From a virus, in the IMG/VR virus record IMGVR_UViG_3300042549_009011, positions 1 through 64,000 of that record: a stretch of 64,000 nt of DNA; one strand, written 5' to 3'. The notes under the pieces were generated by a model. It saw only the letters and a program-made list of their open reading frames with translations, made no database searches and was not told where the DNA came from. Positions 21,818 through 31,175 of this stretch are shown one piece after another (position 1 is the stretch's first letter; each line of letters begins with the position of its first letter). The translations under genes were made by a program, and so were the position numbers.

Positions 21818-22277
21818 GGTGGAGATAGTTTAATGTTTCAAGCGGGGTTTGTCAACTACTTTTTTGCGTATGCTTGAATGCAAGCGAGGCAGTAGCAGGT
21901 TGCCCCGAAAGTCAAGAAGCAAGCAACATCAAACAATTCATTTTTCCCGCCATAGACAGCGAAAGCACAAAGGCTAAAGGTTGGAGAGATGGTGATGATT
22001 GCGGAAGCGATGATGATAAGTGCGTGTTTCATAGTGGCGTTATTTTAGTATTTTTTGAAGATTAGTCAAGAAGTTTTTATTTCGATTGATCTCTTTCAAA
22101 TTTATAGCCATCTTCTTTTAAGGCTTTTATTTTATTATTAAAATCTTTTTCATCTTCAAAACGATATTCTTGTGCTGGGCGATCACCCAAGGCATAAGTC
22201 CAGATCATTAGGGTGTTGCTATTAGTAAAAAACCAGTGTGTTGTTTTCATAGTGTTGATTGTGGTTAATTTTAAAGA

Positions 22278-22535
22278 TTAGTCAAGAATAAAAACACCAT
22301 TGCCCATCATTCCTTCTCTGGATTTTTTGGTTGCGGTTGAAAGGATGTTTCTTTTTAATTCTTTTCCCTCGTTAGTAGATGGCACGAAAGAAAGAGTTTG
22401 TTTTATTTTATTAAGCGTTGCGTCGTCGCTACTAATGGAGAAGCCATCAATTTTCTTAATGAGCTTTGCGGCTTCAAGAAATTTTGGGATTTCAAGCGGG
22501 GCTTCTGATTGGAGTTTTTTTAGTTTGGCGTTCAT
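22278..22535 (-). CDS. Hypothetical protein, paralog of 23486-23746
   Basis: KLQSEAPLEIPKFLEAAKLIKKIDG vs KLQEQAPQEIPKFLEAAALIKKFDG. Confidence 0.75.
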   Translation of the reverse strand: MNAKLKKLQSEAPLEIPKFLEAAKLIKKIDGFSISSDDATLNKIKQTLSFVPSTNEGKELKRNILSTATKKSREGMMGNGVFILD

Positions 22536-22582
22536 GGGTGGATTGTGGTTTGTTTTGGGGTGGTTGTAAAGAAGAAAGTGAT

Positions 22583-22655
22583 CTTGTTGAGTGAGATTCG
22601 AACTCACCTTTTAGGGGGTTTAGCCCTTTGTCTTGTCCCCCTAGACGATCAACAA
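22583..22655 (-). tRNA. tRNA-like cloverleaf with AAA at the anticodon position and no encoded CCA
   Basis: TTGTTGA-TC-GTCT(AGGGGGACA)AGAC-A-AAGGG(CTAAACC)CCCTA-AAAG-GTGAG(TTCGAAT)CTCAC-TCAACAA-G. Confidence 0.7.
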
Positions 22656-22972
22656 GTTTTAGAAATTGATGGCATGTCTGAGGGATTTTACCCCGCCGTT
22701 ATTCTCGACTCTCTTAGCCAGTTTCGAGCGACTTTTTCTACTAGGGCGTTCCCTCCCTCGCATGAATACAAGTTACCATTTTTTCAGAAAAGCGCAAGGA
22801 TTATTTTAATTATTTTTTTCTAATATTTCTCTTGACATGGTAGGCGGGAAAGCATCTAACAGTTTTTTATCTGGCGGCGGGGCGCTCGCATAAAAATTCC
22901 ACAGCGTGTCAAGTGTTTTTATTGATTATTTTTGCGCGAATGTTTGGGGCGGCTTTCGCCGCCCCTTGTCCA

Positions 22973-23122
22973 TCAAACAAAGTCCAATGTCCCCAAAGGC
23001 ACTTCATCCTCTCGCCCATCTTCAAAACGAATCAAGGCACGATTTCCAGCGGGAGTGTGGACGACTTCGAGAAGTTCAACTTCACAGTCACAATATTTGC
23101 AGATTTCTTTTTCTTCGATCAT
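22973..23122 (-). CDS. 49-aa acidic beta-rich mini-protein (not in ORF track), paralog of 26689-26838 and 27720-27872
   Basis: MIEEKEICKYCDCEVELLEVVHTPAGNRALIRFEDGREDEVPLGTLDFV; own promoter and a downstream GGGGCGGC/GCCGCCCC hairpin. Confidence 0.7.
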   Translation of the reverse strand: MIEEKEICKYCDCEVELLEVVHTPAGNRALIRFEDGREDEVPLGTLDFV

Positions 23123-23485
23123 GGCAGGGAAAGGATAAGAGTTTTTCGCGGATCAGTCAAGAAAGAATTGCTTTTTCCAGACTGCATCTTGAACTTTTTT
23201 GTCAAGCCAAGACTGCTGTTCAAAGATTCTTGCGGTGAAGATGGATTGTTTTCTGGCGAATAGTTTTTTAAGTAGTTTCATAGCGGCGAAAGTGTAGGAT
23301 TTTCGGGGCGAGTTGTCAACTATTTTCTGTTTCTCACAGAATCAACTGTTCCATCAGCATATACTCTTACTGTATAAGCACTCGCTTTTGTTACATACAT
23401 ATGCCCAAAGGTAGTTTGTATTTTGTAGCAGCGGCTTAAATTAAACCATGCTTTGAGGTGAATCAAAATTATTTCTTTCATATTT

Positions 23486-26400
23486 TTAATCCATTAAAAA
23501 CATTCCATCAAACATTCCTTGGCGGGATTTTTCCTCTGCTTTGATTAAGATACCCTTCTTCAACTCTTTGCCCTCTTTGGTTGAGGGAACAAAAGAAAGA
23601 AGTCTTGTGATCTTGTTCAGATTCTCCACATCAGAAGAGATCGACATTCCATCAAACTTCTTTATCAATGCGGCGGCTTCTAAGAACTTGGGGATTTCTT
23701 GTGGTGCTTGCTCTTGTAGTTTTTTCAGCTTTTCTTGTTGGTTCATGGTGCGAAAAGGATAGCGTTTTTTTATTGTTCTGTCAATCTTTTTTCTTCAAGA
23801 TAACCTTCAAGAAAGGAAATTTCTTGTTCGATTCTTTCACAACCTTGCCAATCTGAAAAGTCTTCACACATTTCAAGTTGGCGGCGTAGTTTGTCAATGA
23901 CGATGATGATTGATGCGGTGGACATATGTTTTTTATTAGGTGGAAAGATTAAACTTTTTTTGGGGATATTGTCAACAGTTTTTTATTTTTTGCGCTGAAA
24001 TTAAATCCGCTGAAGTTAAATAAAAACTTGACAAATACATCTAACATTTTTCTAACAGTTTTTGTAAGTGATTGAGCGCCAACGACTTACGCGCGGCGCG
24101 GGGGGCGCGGCGCGTAACTCGCTGAGTATCAACGAGTTACGAGAATTCAATTCCACTCCTCGAAGATGAGCTTGCCATCGCGCTCAAGGCGATAGCAGTC
24201 CATGATCGGGCAACCCTCGACACCCGTGAGAGTGGTGACGGAAACGCCGCCGAAACCGCAAGCCTGTTTAGGGCTTTTGGAAAATCGGGTGACAGTGTAA
24301 GTGCCAGAGTCCCAGTTGCCCCCGCAGGAAGGGGGGTTCTGCATATAGGTGATGTGCGTGTGCTTATACATGACGATTAAGATGTGTTGATTTTAAATTG
24401 AAGTCAAAGAACTGGTTGATGCGGTTGTCGAGAATCCCAAAAACATTAAAAAAACTTTCAGGAATTGGGTCGGGCGTGGATGCGTGAATCTCGTCAGCGA
24501 TTTCGTCCATCACGCGGCAGTATTCTTCGTATTCTTCGGGGCAGCTTGGGTAGGTGTCGGTCATGGGCATATTATACCCACAAAGCAGAGATAAAACCAA
24601 GCTTTATTTTCATATTTTATTTTTTATTTTTTTACTTATTTTCTTGACAGAATCGGCTTTTATGGTATAGAGCGCGATCACATAAGTCGTTGAGTATCAA
24701 CGAGTTACGCGCGGCGGGGGGCGCGGGGCGCGTAAGTCATTGAGCGTCAACGACTTACGGCTTTTCCCAAACGAAAGACTTTTCTTCGGGATCGTTGGGC
24801 TTGAGATTCCAACGATAGAAAATCTTATTTTCTAAACGTGTTTCTATCAGATAATTGTTAGAAGTTCTGTTAGGTGAAGAAGCAACCCAAGCTGTTAGAG
24901 CCGCTTGCATTTCTCGCATTTCTGCGAAAGGTTTATATCGTGAATCGTTTTCCATTTTGTGGGTGATTATATAAGTTTTTGTTTTGTATAACTATTTTTG
25001 AATACCGCTGGCGTGTAAACTCTTTTGGATAGCAAACATTGAAGATCGTATCTTATGGAAATTTTGAAATCATTCACGCTCTCAACAGTAGCGACTCGCT
25101 TTGTATTATTATTAAACCATAAACTGCCGACTTTGATCTCTAATGGATTGCAGATCGGGGCTTGTTTGGAAATGGTTTTGCTAGGAAAAATTAGTTGTCT
25201 TTTCATGCTCTTATTATACTAGGTTTTTCTTATGCTGTAAAGTGAGAAAAGAAACTTTCTTTTGCTTCACTTGTGGCGGTTTCTTTCGCGTCAAATTCTT
25301 CTCTTGAAACTTCTTTGACTCCATCGAGAGAATGAAGAAAAGTTTTGTTTGCTTTGTTTGAGGTTCTCGCGAAGCAATGCATCTCTGGAAATGGATTGAT
25401 TCCTAAGCCAAGGTAAATGCCTTTGTTTGTAGTGGTGTTTGCTTTCATGTCTTTAAGATAGGGTTTTTTCAGAGAAACGCAAGTTTTTTTTCGATTTGTT
25501 TTTCTCTGCGGATTTTGCGGAGGGTTTCGAAAGCATCTTTTCTTTCTACGATGAAAGATTGTGCGGAATAATCAGTCACAAAGACTGAGAAAACTACTTG
25601 ACCTTGATTCTCTTTTTTACCCTTTGGAGTAGAAAGGGCGAAACGATTTGTGGTGTAGCGTGTGCGGGTGGTTTGACGTTCGATTTGCATGGGGAAAGTA
25701 TAGTTTAAAAAGGGTTTTGGTGCAAGGTTTATTTTGCTTTTTTATTTTTTATTTTTAGACTGGTTGAGCAAAGTTCATGAGGAAACCTAGGTCTTTGAAG
25801 CGATCAGAGTGACGAGCAGGGATGCAACCATTTTCATGTAACATTCTGCAAACATCACCTTGGATGCTTTGAACTTTCATGATTCTTCCGCTTACGCGAA
25901 CTTTCATGCCTTCAGTGATTGTGATTTGTTTTTCGTTTTTCATGCCCAAAGTATAATCAAAAACCCGCTTTTCCGCAAGAACTTTCTGCATAAAAAAGCA
26001 TTTATTTTTCACTTTTTATTTGAAGAAAACGCTTGACAGAATTCTCTAACAGCCATCTAACAGTTTCTTTTTGAGCTTCGTAAGTCACTGAGTATCAACG
26101 ACTTACGCGCGGCGGGGGGCGCGGGGCGCGTAACTCCTTGAGGCTCAACGAGTTACGGGGCTGAATTATTTTTATTTTTTTTTCTTTACATTCAACCCGC
26201 GATCTTGCGAAGCATCGCACTTCCGCGATACTCAAGAATTGTTAGACCATAGCAAGCGATGAAGAAAAGCGAGCCTGTCGCGACAAAGTAAAGATCTTGA
26301 TTGAGGCAACCATAGAAAGCAACGATTACACCAGTGAGGAAGTAAGCAATGACAGTGAGGGCGATGATCCAGTTTTTGATGATGTATTTATTGATTTTCA

Positions 26401-28319
26401 TATTTTTTTAGTGTGTGTGAGTTGGTGAAGAGAGTGTGGTATATTCGGGGCGAGTTGGCAAGATTTATTTACAGATAATTTTTGACATTATTTCTTGCTT
26501 CGTCCAGATGTTCCGAATCATCAATTTGATTTAAAACGGCTTCTTTTATTTCGGCAATCATTGCGTCAAAATCGTCTACGCAAAATTCTAAATGGCGTTT
26601 GCCTTGGCAATAGCCGCTGATAATGTTTTTTATTTCGTCTTTCATGGTGGTAATTGTAGAGATTTTTTAATGGTTGGCAAGGATTATTTTATGCACTTTC
26701 CAATTCTGACAGATGAACTTCTTTTTCCTCTCCATCGTTGAAAGAGATGAAGGCGGTATCGTCAAAGACTTCTTCGATGATAACGAGTTGGTTATGGTAG
26801 ATTGCGTATTGAATGTGCGATGTGGTGTTTGCTTTCATGTAATTAAGATACCCGATTTGATCGAAACCGCAAGAAAAAAAAAACGTTTTTTTATTTATTT
26901 TTTTCTGAAGAAAACGCTTGACAAGATGCGGCACAAACCATCTAACAGCATTCTAACAGTCTATGTAAGTCACTGATACTCAATGAGTTACGCGCGTGGG
27001 GGGGCGCGAGGCGCGTAAGTCGTTGAGGCTCAACGAGTTACGCTTACGCTTTAGACTGGAAAGCCTTCCTCTTCTAACAGTTCCACGACAGCATCTTGGG
27101 CTATGTTATAGAGTTCACTTGTTAGAGCGTTATCACCCTCCTCTTCAATGTATTCCTCCATCTCATCGAGAGCATACATGACACAGGGAAGGTCAGGCAA
27201 GTCAGAGAGAGAAAGCCCTGACATGTCAAGGCAAGCTTTATTCATGATGGCAAGGCATTTTTTGCGTGTGTTATCCATAGTGGTATTGTGTTAGATGTTT
27301 TCTGTTAGATCGCTTTTCTGATTGTAAGACCCCAACCTGTTAGAGTTTTGAATTCATAACTAGGCGGGATTATCGGAAGAGGCACGGCTTCGGCTTCGTA
27401 CCATTCCCCATTTATCACCCTGCCGCCATTAAAGCGGATCGTTTGACCATATTGCGGATAGCTTGAAGCATTGCTCGCAATGATACCCTTGGGCGGTTTG
27501 TCGCCATAGGCGTTCGCTGGCGCGTGTCTTGCGCGTTTTGCGCATTCTTTTTCCGTCCATATCTCTTGGGGATGAGTGTAAGTTTTCATTTCTGTTAGAG
27601 TGTGGAGACGATCCAAGCATTGGTAATGTAAAGCGTGAATGCGATCATCAAACCGAAGGCGAGGAACACAATGATGTTTTCGAATGTTTGCATAGTTTTT
27701 TCTGTTAGATGTTTTTCTGTTAGGCTACAAAGTCCAAGGTGATCAGAGGAACTTCTTCTTCTCTTCCGCAATCGTAAGAGATAAGAGCAAGTGTGCCGTA
27801 GTCTGTTGCATAAATTTCGAGAACGATCACAGGCATTCCACAGTAGTTAGCGAATTCAATTTTTTCTTTCATGGCTTTAGTGTATTGGATTTGAGGTGTG
27901 TGTAAAGATTTATTTATGCTTCAAAGCGAGAAAAGAAACTTTCTTTAGCTTCTGCTATGGCGTTTTCTTTGGCTGTAAACTCTTCCAAAGAAATTTCAAT
28001 GATTCCGTTGAGAGAGTCAAAGAAAGATTTGTTCGCTCCGTTTGAAGTCTTTGCGAAGGCGTGGAGAGTTGGGAATGGATTGATTCCTTTGCCAAGGTAG
28101 ATTCCGAAGTTAGTTGCGGTGTTTGCTTTCATGTCTTTAGAGTAGTAGATTTTTGCAGAAACGCAAGATTTATTTTGCGAAGATAGATTTATTTTTAAGG
28201 CTGTTGAGAAGAGCCATTGTCTTTTCATGCTCTTTCTTTTCTTGCTCACGCTTTGCTTTCGCGTCTGCAATGATCTTGTCGAGAGTAGGGAATTGGATAG
28301 TGGTGAATTGATCTTTCAT
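23486..28319 (-). CDS. Distal small early ORFs (23486-23746, 24147-24371, 24364-~24570, 24755-24955, 24967-25206, 25230-25448, 25469-25690, 25755-25943, 26192-26401, 26689-26838, 27051-27278, 27305-~27589, 27720-27872, 27914-28132, ~28170-28319)
   Basis: Co-directional; many have TTGC(A/G)N-N16/17-TANNNT promoters 6 nt before ATG; includes paralog pairs. Confidence 0.7.
24064..27041. repeat. Four 77-bp elements: 27-bp palindrome + 23-bp GC spacer + 27-bp palindrome
   Basis: 24064-24140, 24682-24758, 26080-26156, 26965-27041; half-site consensus GTAAGTCRYTGA-N3-TCAAYGASTTAC. Confidence 0.92.
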
Positions 28320-28554
28320 GTCTAAAGACTACGATATTTTCTGCAAACCGCAAGAAAAAAAACGCTTTTTTTGAACTTTTTTTTACTTCAGAAAAGGGGG
28401 TGGGTTTTTATAAAATCCTTGACAAACCCTTTTTTTCAAAAAGTAGGGCGGGGGGGTGATTTCTATATCCTCAACCCATTTCAAAAGCTTCAATCAAAAT
28501 ACCCCCTCAAAGTCTATCACAACAGACCCCCACCCCTTTTCTTAAAATCGCGCT

Positions 28555-29248
28555 TTAAGAATCAAAAACTTCTTTTCTTATCTTCTTCATTAATAAATCA
28601 GCAAACAAACAAACAGAGCTACCATAAAAACACCAAAACCAACTACCTCCCCAGAAGAAACCAAAGAAAACCCCACACCAAAAACCCAAACACAAACAAC
28701 AATCAAACAAAAGCTCAAAAAATTTGAACCTCATTAAAAAATTTCGAGGCAAATTAAGAATCGCCCCGTATTTAAGAATAAAACACAAACCAATTAAACA
28801 AAAAGTTTGAAAAACTAAATTAGTCATTTAATAAATCTTGTGCCGCTTTTGATACTAAGAGTATTTCTTCTTTAGAAAGAATAACCACGTTTTGATAGTC
28901 GTCTTTGATGGTGAATTTATCGTCTGCGCCCAATTCAACGATGGGGCATCCGTTATTATTGCAGCAAAGCTTTACAGAGTTGTCAGATAATTTTTTGATC
29001 ATATACATATTATAATATCAAACATCTAAAAAATCAATTTTGCAAAAGAATATTGGACCTCTTTTGCCAAAATCTTTATTAATGTTTTTCTCAAAAAAAG
29101 AAAGTGCATGTTTATGGTCGCATTTTAACTGCGCTTTTATTTTTAAAATAATCTTTTCTCTGTCGTAAACATAGACTGTGTTATCGTAAGCTTGTCCAAC
29201 TCCCATTAGGCAGTCTTCATAATTATTGAATTTTACTGGTAAATCCAT
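28555..29248 (-). CDS. Three small ORFs (28555-28827 membrane protein with CxxCxGFW; 28820-29008; 29018-29248)
   Basis: ORF track. Confidence 0.6.
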
Positions 29249-29309
29249 TTTAAAAAGTGTAATTAATTATAGGTTTTCAAATAATAACAATACTCAACAA
29301 GTATTTCAA

Positions 29310-30050
29310 ATGACAAACGTAAAAGCACCCAAAAATAGACAGAAGAAGTTAAAAAAACAAGACACTTCACTCCATGTCCACCAAAATCAAAAAATAAATT
29401 TTGACCTAAATGTAAGAGATCTACCTTGGACAGAAAGACAACAAGAAATTATTGATGCCACTTTAAAAAAGAAATCCAAATTAACAATAGTAGATGGAAT
29501 TTGGGGTTCAGGTAAATCTGTTCTGGCAGTTTATGCGTGTTTAAAACTTCTCCAAGAGAAAAAAATTTCAAACATTCTATACATAAGAAATATTGTACAA
29601 AGCGGAACAGGAACTCTTGGATGGCTTGGTGGCGATTTGGAAACTCGACTTAGCCCCTACATGTTGCCATTTCAACAAAAGCTTGACGAGTTGTTGCCTC
29701 AAGAACAAGTGGATAGACTCATCAGAGAAGGCATCGTAGAAAGTCAGCCTGTAGCATTACTTAGAGGAACTTCCTACAATTGCTACGGAATCATTATTGA
29801 CGAAGCTGGATGTATGACGAAAGAGGATATTCTTTTGACTTTATCTAGGGTTGGCAATTTCAGTTATGTTTTTCTTATTGGCGACTCTTGGCAGGTTGAT
29901 GTTCATAATTCTGGATTCAGAAAAATCTTTGAAATCTTTAACGACGAAGAATCTAAAGAAAATAAAGTATATGCTTTCGAACTTCAGGACAAAATGGATG
30001 TCATGCGTTCAGAATTGTTGAAATTTATAATGAAAAAAGTAAAAACTTAA
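29310..30050 (+). CDS. phoH: PhoH-family ATPase
   Basis: GIWGSGKS Walker A, LRGTSY, IIIDEAG and IGDSWQVD; ATG at 29310 preferred over the track start at 29226. Confidence 0.85.
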   Translation: MTNVKAPKNRQKKLKKQDTSLHVHQNQKINFDLNVRDLPWTERQQEIIDATLKKKSKLTIVDGIWGSGKSVLAVYACLKLLQEKKISNILYIRNIVQSGTGTLGWLGGDLETRLSPYMLPFQQKLDELLPQEQVDRLIREGIVESQPVALLRGTSYNCYGIIIDEAGCMTKEDILLTLSRVGNFSYVFLIGDSWQVDVHNSGFRKIFEIFNDEESKENKVYAFELQDKMDVMRSELLKFIMKKVKT

Positions 30051-30112
30051 ATAAAAATTAGAAATATATCTTTTCCTAACATAAAATTAGTGTATCAAGA
30101 AAAATTAATTTT

Positions 30113-30490
30113 ATGAATAAAGAATTTTGTATTAACTGTGGGCATAAAAACTTATTTGAGGTTAACAAACCTAAGTTTTGTGCTGGCTGTGGAACTGCAT
30201 TTAATGTGTTTTCCAGTAAAGCTTCTGCAAACGCTCAAACACAAGACGTTGAAGAACAAGAAGAAGATTATCAAATAAAATCATTCGATATAAATAAACT
30301 TAAAAAATCTATAGTTTTTGAATCAAAAGCCAAAGTAAGAACTTTAGACGAATTATGGCAAGATCCAGCACCAAGAGATTCAAATTCTTTTAGGGCGCAT
30401 TCGTCAGATCCATCTGGCAGAGAAATCATAAAAAAGACAATGGAAGAATGTTCCCCCGTTAAACAAGTTAAAGAAATTGGTGACGAATAA
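30113..30490 (+). CDS. Zinc-ribbon protein
   Basis: FCINCG...KPKFCAGCG. Confidence 0.65.
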   Translation: MNKEFCINCGHKNLFEVNKPKFCAGCGTAFNVFSSKASANAQTQDVEEQEEDYQIKSFDINKLKKSIVFESKAKVRTLDELWQDPAPRDSNSFRAHSSDPSGREIIKKTMEECSPVKQVKEIGDE

Positions 30491-30494
30491 TTAA

Positions 30495-31175
30495 ATGTCA
30501 AACTACACTTACGAAGACAAGTCAAGTGAGCTTGAAGAGATATTGTCAAAATATAGATCCAAGTGGCAGCTAGACGCTTTAGCTTGGCTTGATTACGATG
30601 ATGTCTGCCAAATCATAAGAACCCATATTTGGAAGAAGTGGCATCTTTGGGACCAAGATAGACCATTTAAACCTTGGGCTGCAATGGTCATATCTCATCA
30701 GATGATGAATCTCGTTAGAAATAATTATTCCAACTTCGCTAGACCGTGTTTAAAATGCCCATTCTTCATGGGTGCTGATGGTTGCAGTTTCACTAAAAGT
30801 AAAATACAAGACTCTGAATGTGAAATTTTTGCTAAATGGCAAAAGAAAAAAGAAAAAGCTTATAATTTAAAACTCGCTCTACCTATTGAAGATGGTAGCA
30901 ATCTTGGTGAATGTAGTATAGAAGATGAAATAGATTTTGATAAAGCCCAACACGCCTTACATAAAGCTGTTACATCTCAACTAAGCGGTAAGCATTTGGA
31001 AATATATAAACTTCTTTTCATAAAGAATATGGAAGACTCTGAAATAGCTGAAATATACGGCTTCAAAAAAGATTCTTCTAAAAGAAAAACAGTAAGATAT
31101 AAACAATTATGTAATCTTAAAAAGAGGTTTTATGAGATGGCGAAAAAAGCCTTACAAGAACAAGATATTTTATGA
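30495..31175 (+). CDS. Phage sigma70-family (probable late) sigma factor with Cys-rich insertion
   Basis: Region 2-like DYDDVCQIIRTHIWKK...FKPWAAMVISHQMMN and region 4-like HTH (LSGKHLEIY...EIAEIYG). Confidence 0.65.
   Translation: MSNYTYEDKSSELEEILSKYRSKWQLDALAWLDYDDVCQIIRTHIWKKWHLWDQDRPFKPWAAMVISHQMMNLVRNNYSNFARPCLKCPFFMGADGCSFTKSKIQDSECEIFAKWQKKKEKAYNLKLALPIEDGSNLGECSIEDEIDFDKAQHALHKAVTSQLSGKHLEIYKLLFIKNMEDSEIAEIYGFKKDSSKRKTVRYKQLCNLKKRFYEMAKKALQEQDIL

Larger units (their letters stand above)
16033..22896 (+). repeat. Eight dispersed 33-bp sites TTTTTAT-N19(G-rich)-ATAAAAA
   Basis: 16033, 16070, 17475, 18569, 20089, 21224, 21260, 22864; the spacer is exactly 19 bp in all eight. Confidence 0.9.

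Noticed and set aside
22906-23263. Three + strand ORFs in the track
   Set aside because: They are shadows of two short - strand genes that have clear promoters, one with paralogs
24064-27041. CRISPR or IS terminal repeats
   Set aside because: The central spacers are similar to each other rather than unique; there is no transposase or target duplication
28371-28727. + strand 118-aa ORF
   Set aside because: Low-complexity translation of the G/C-tract region, antisense to 28555-28827
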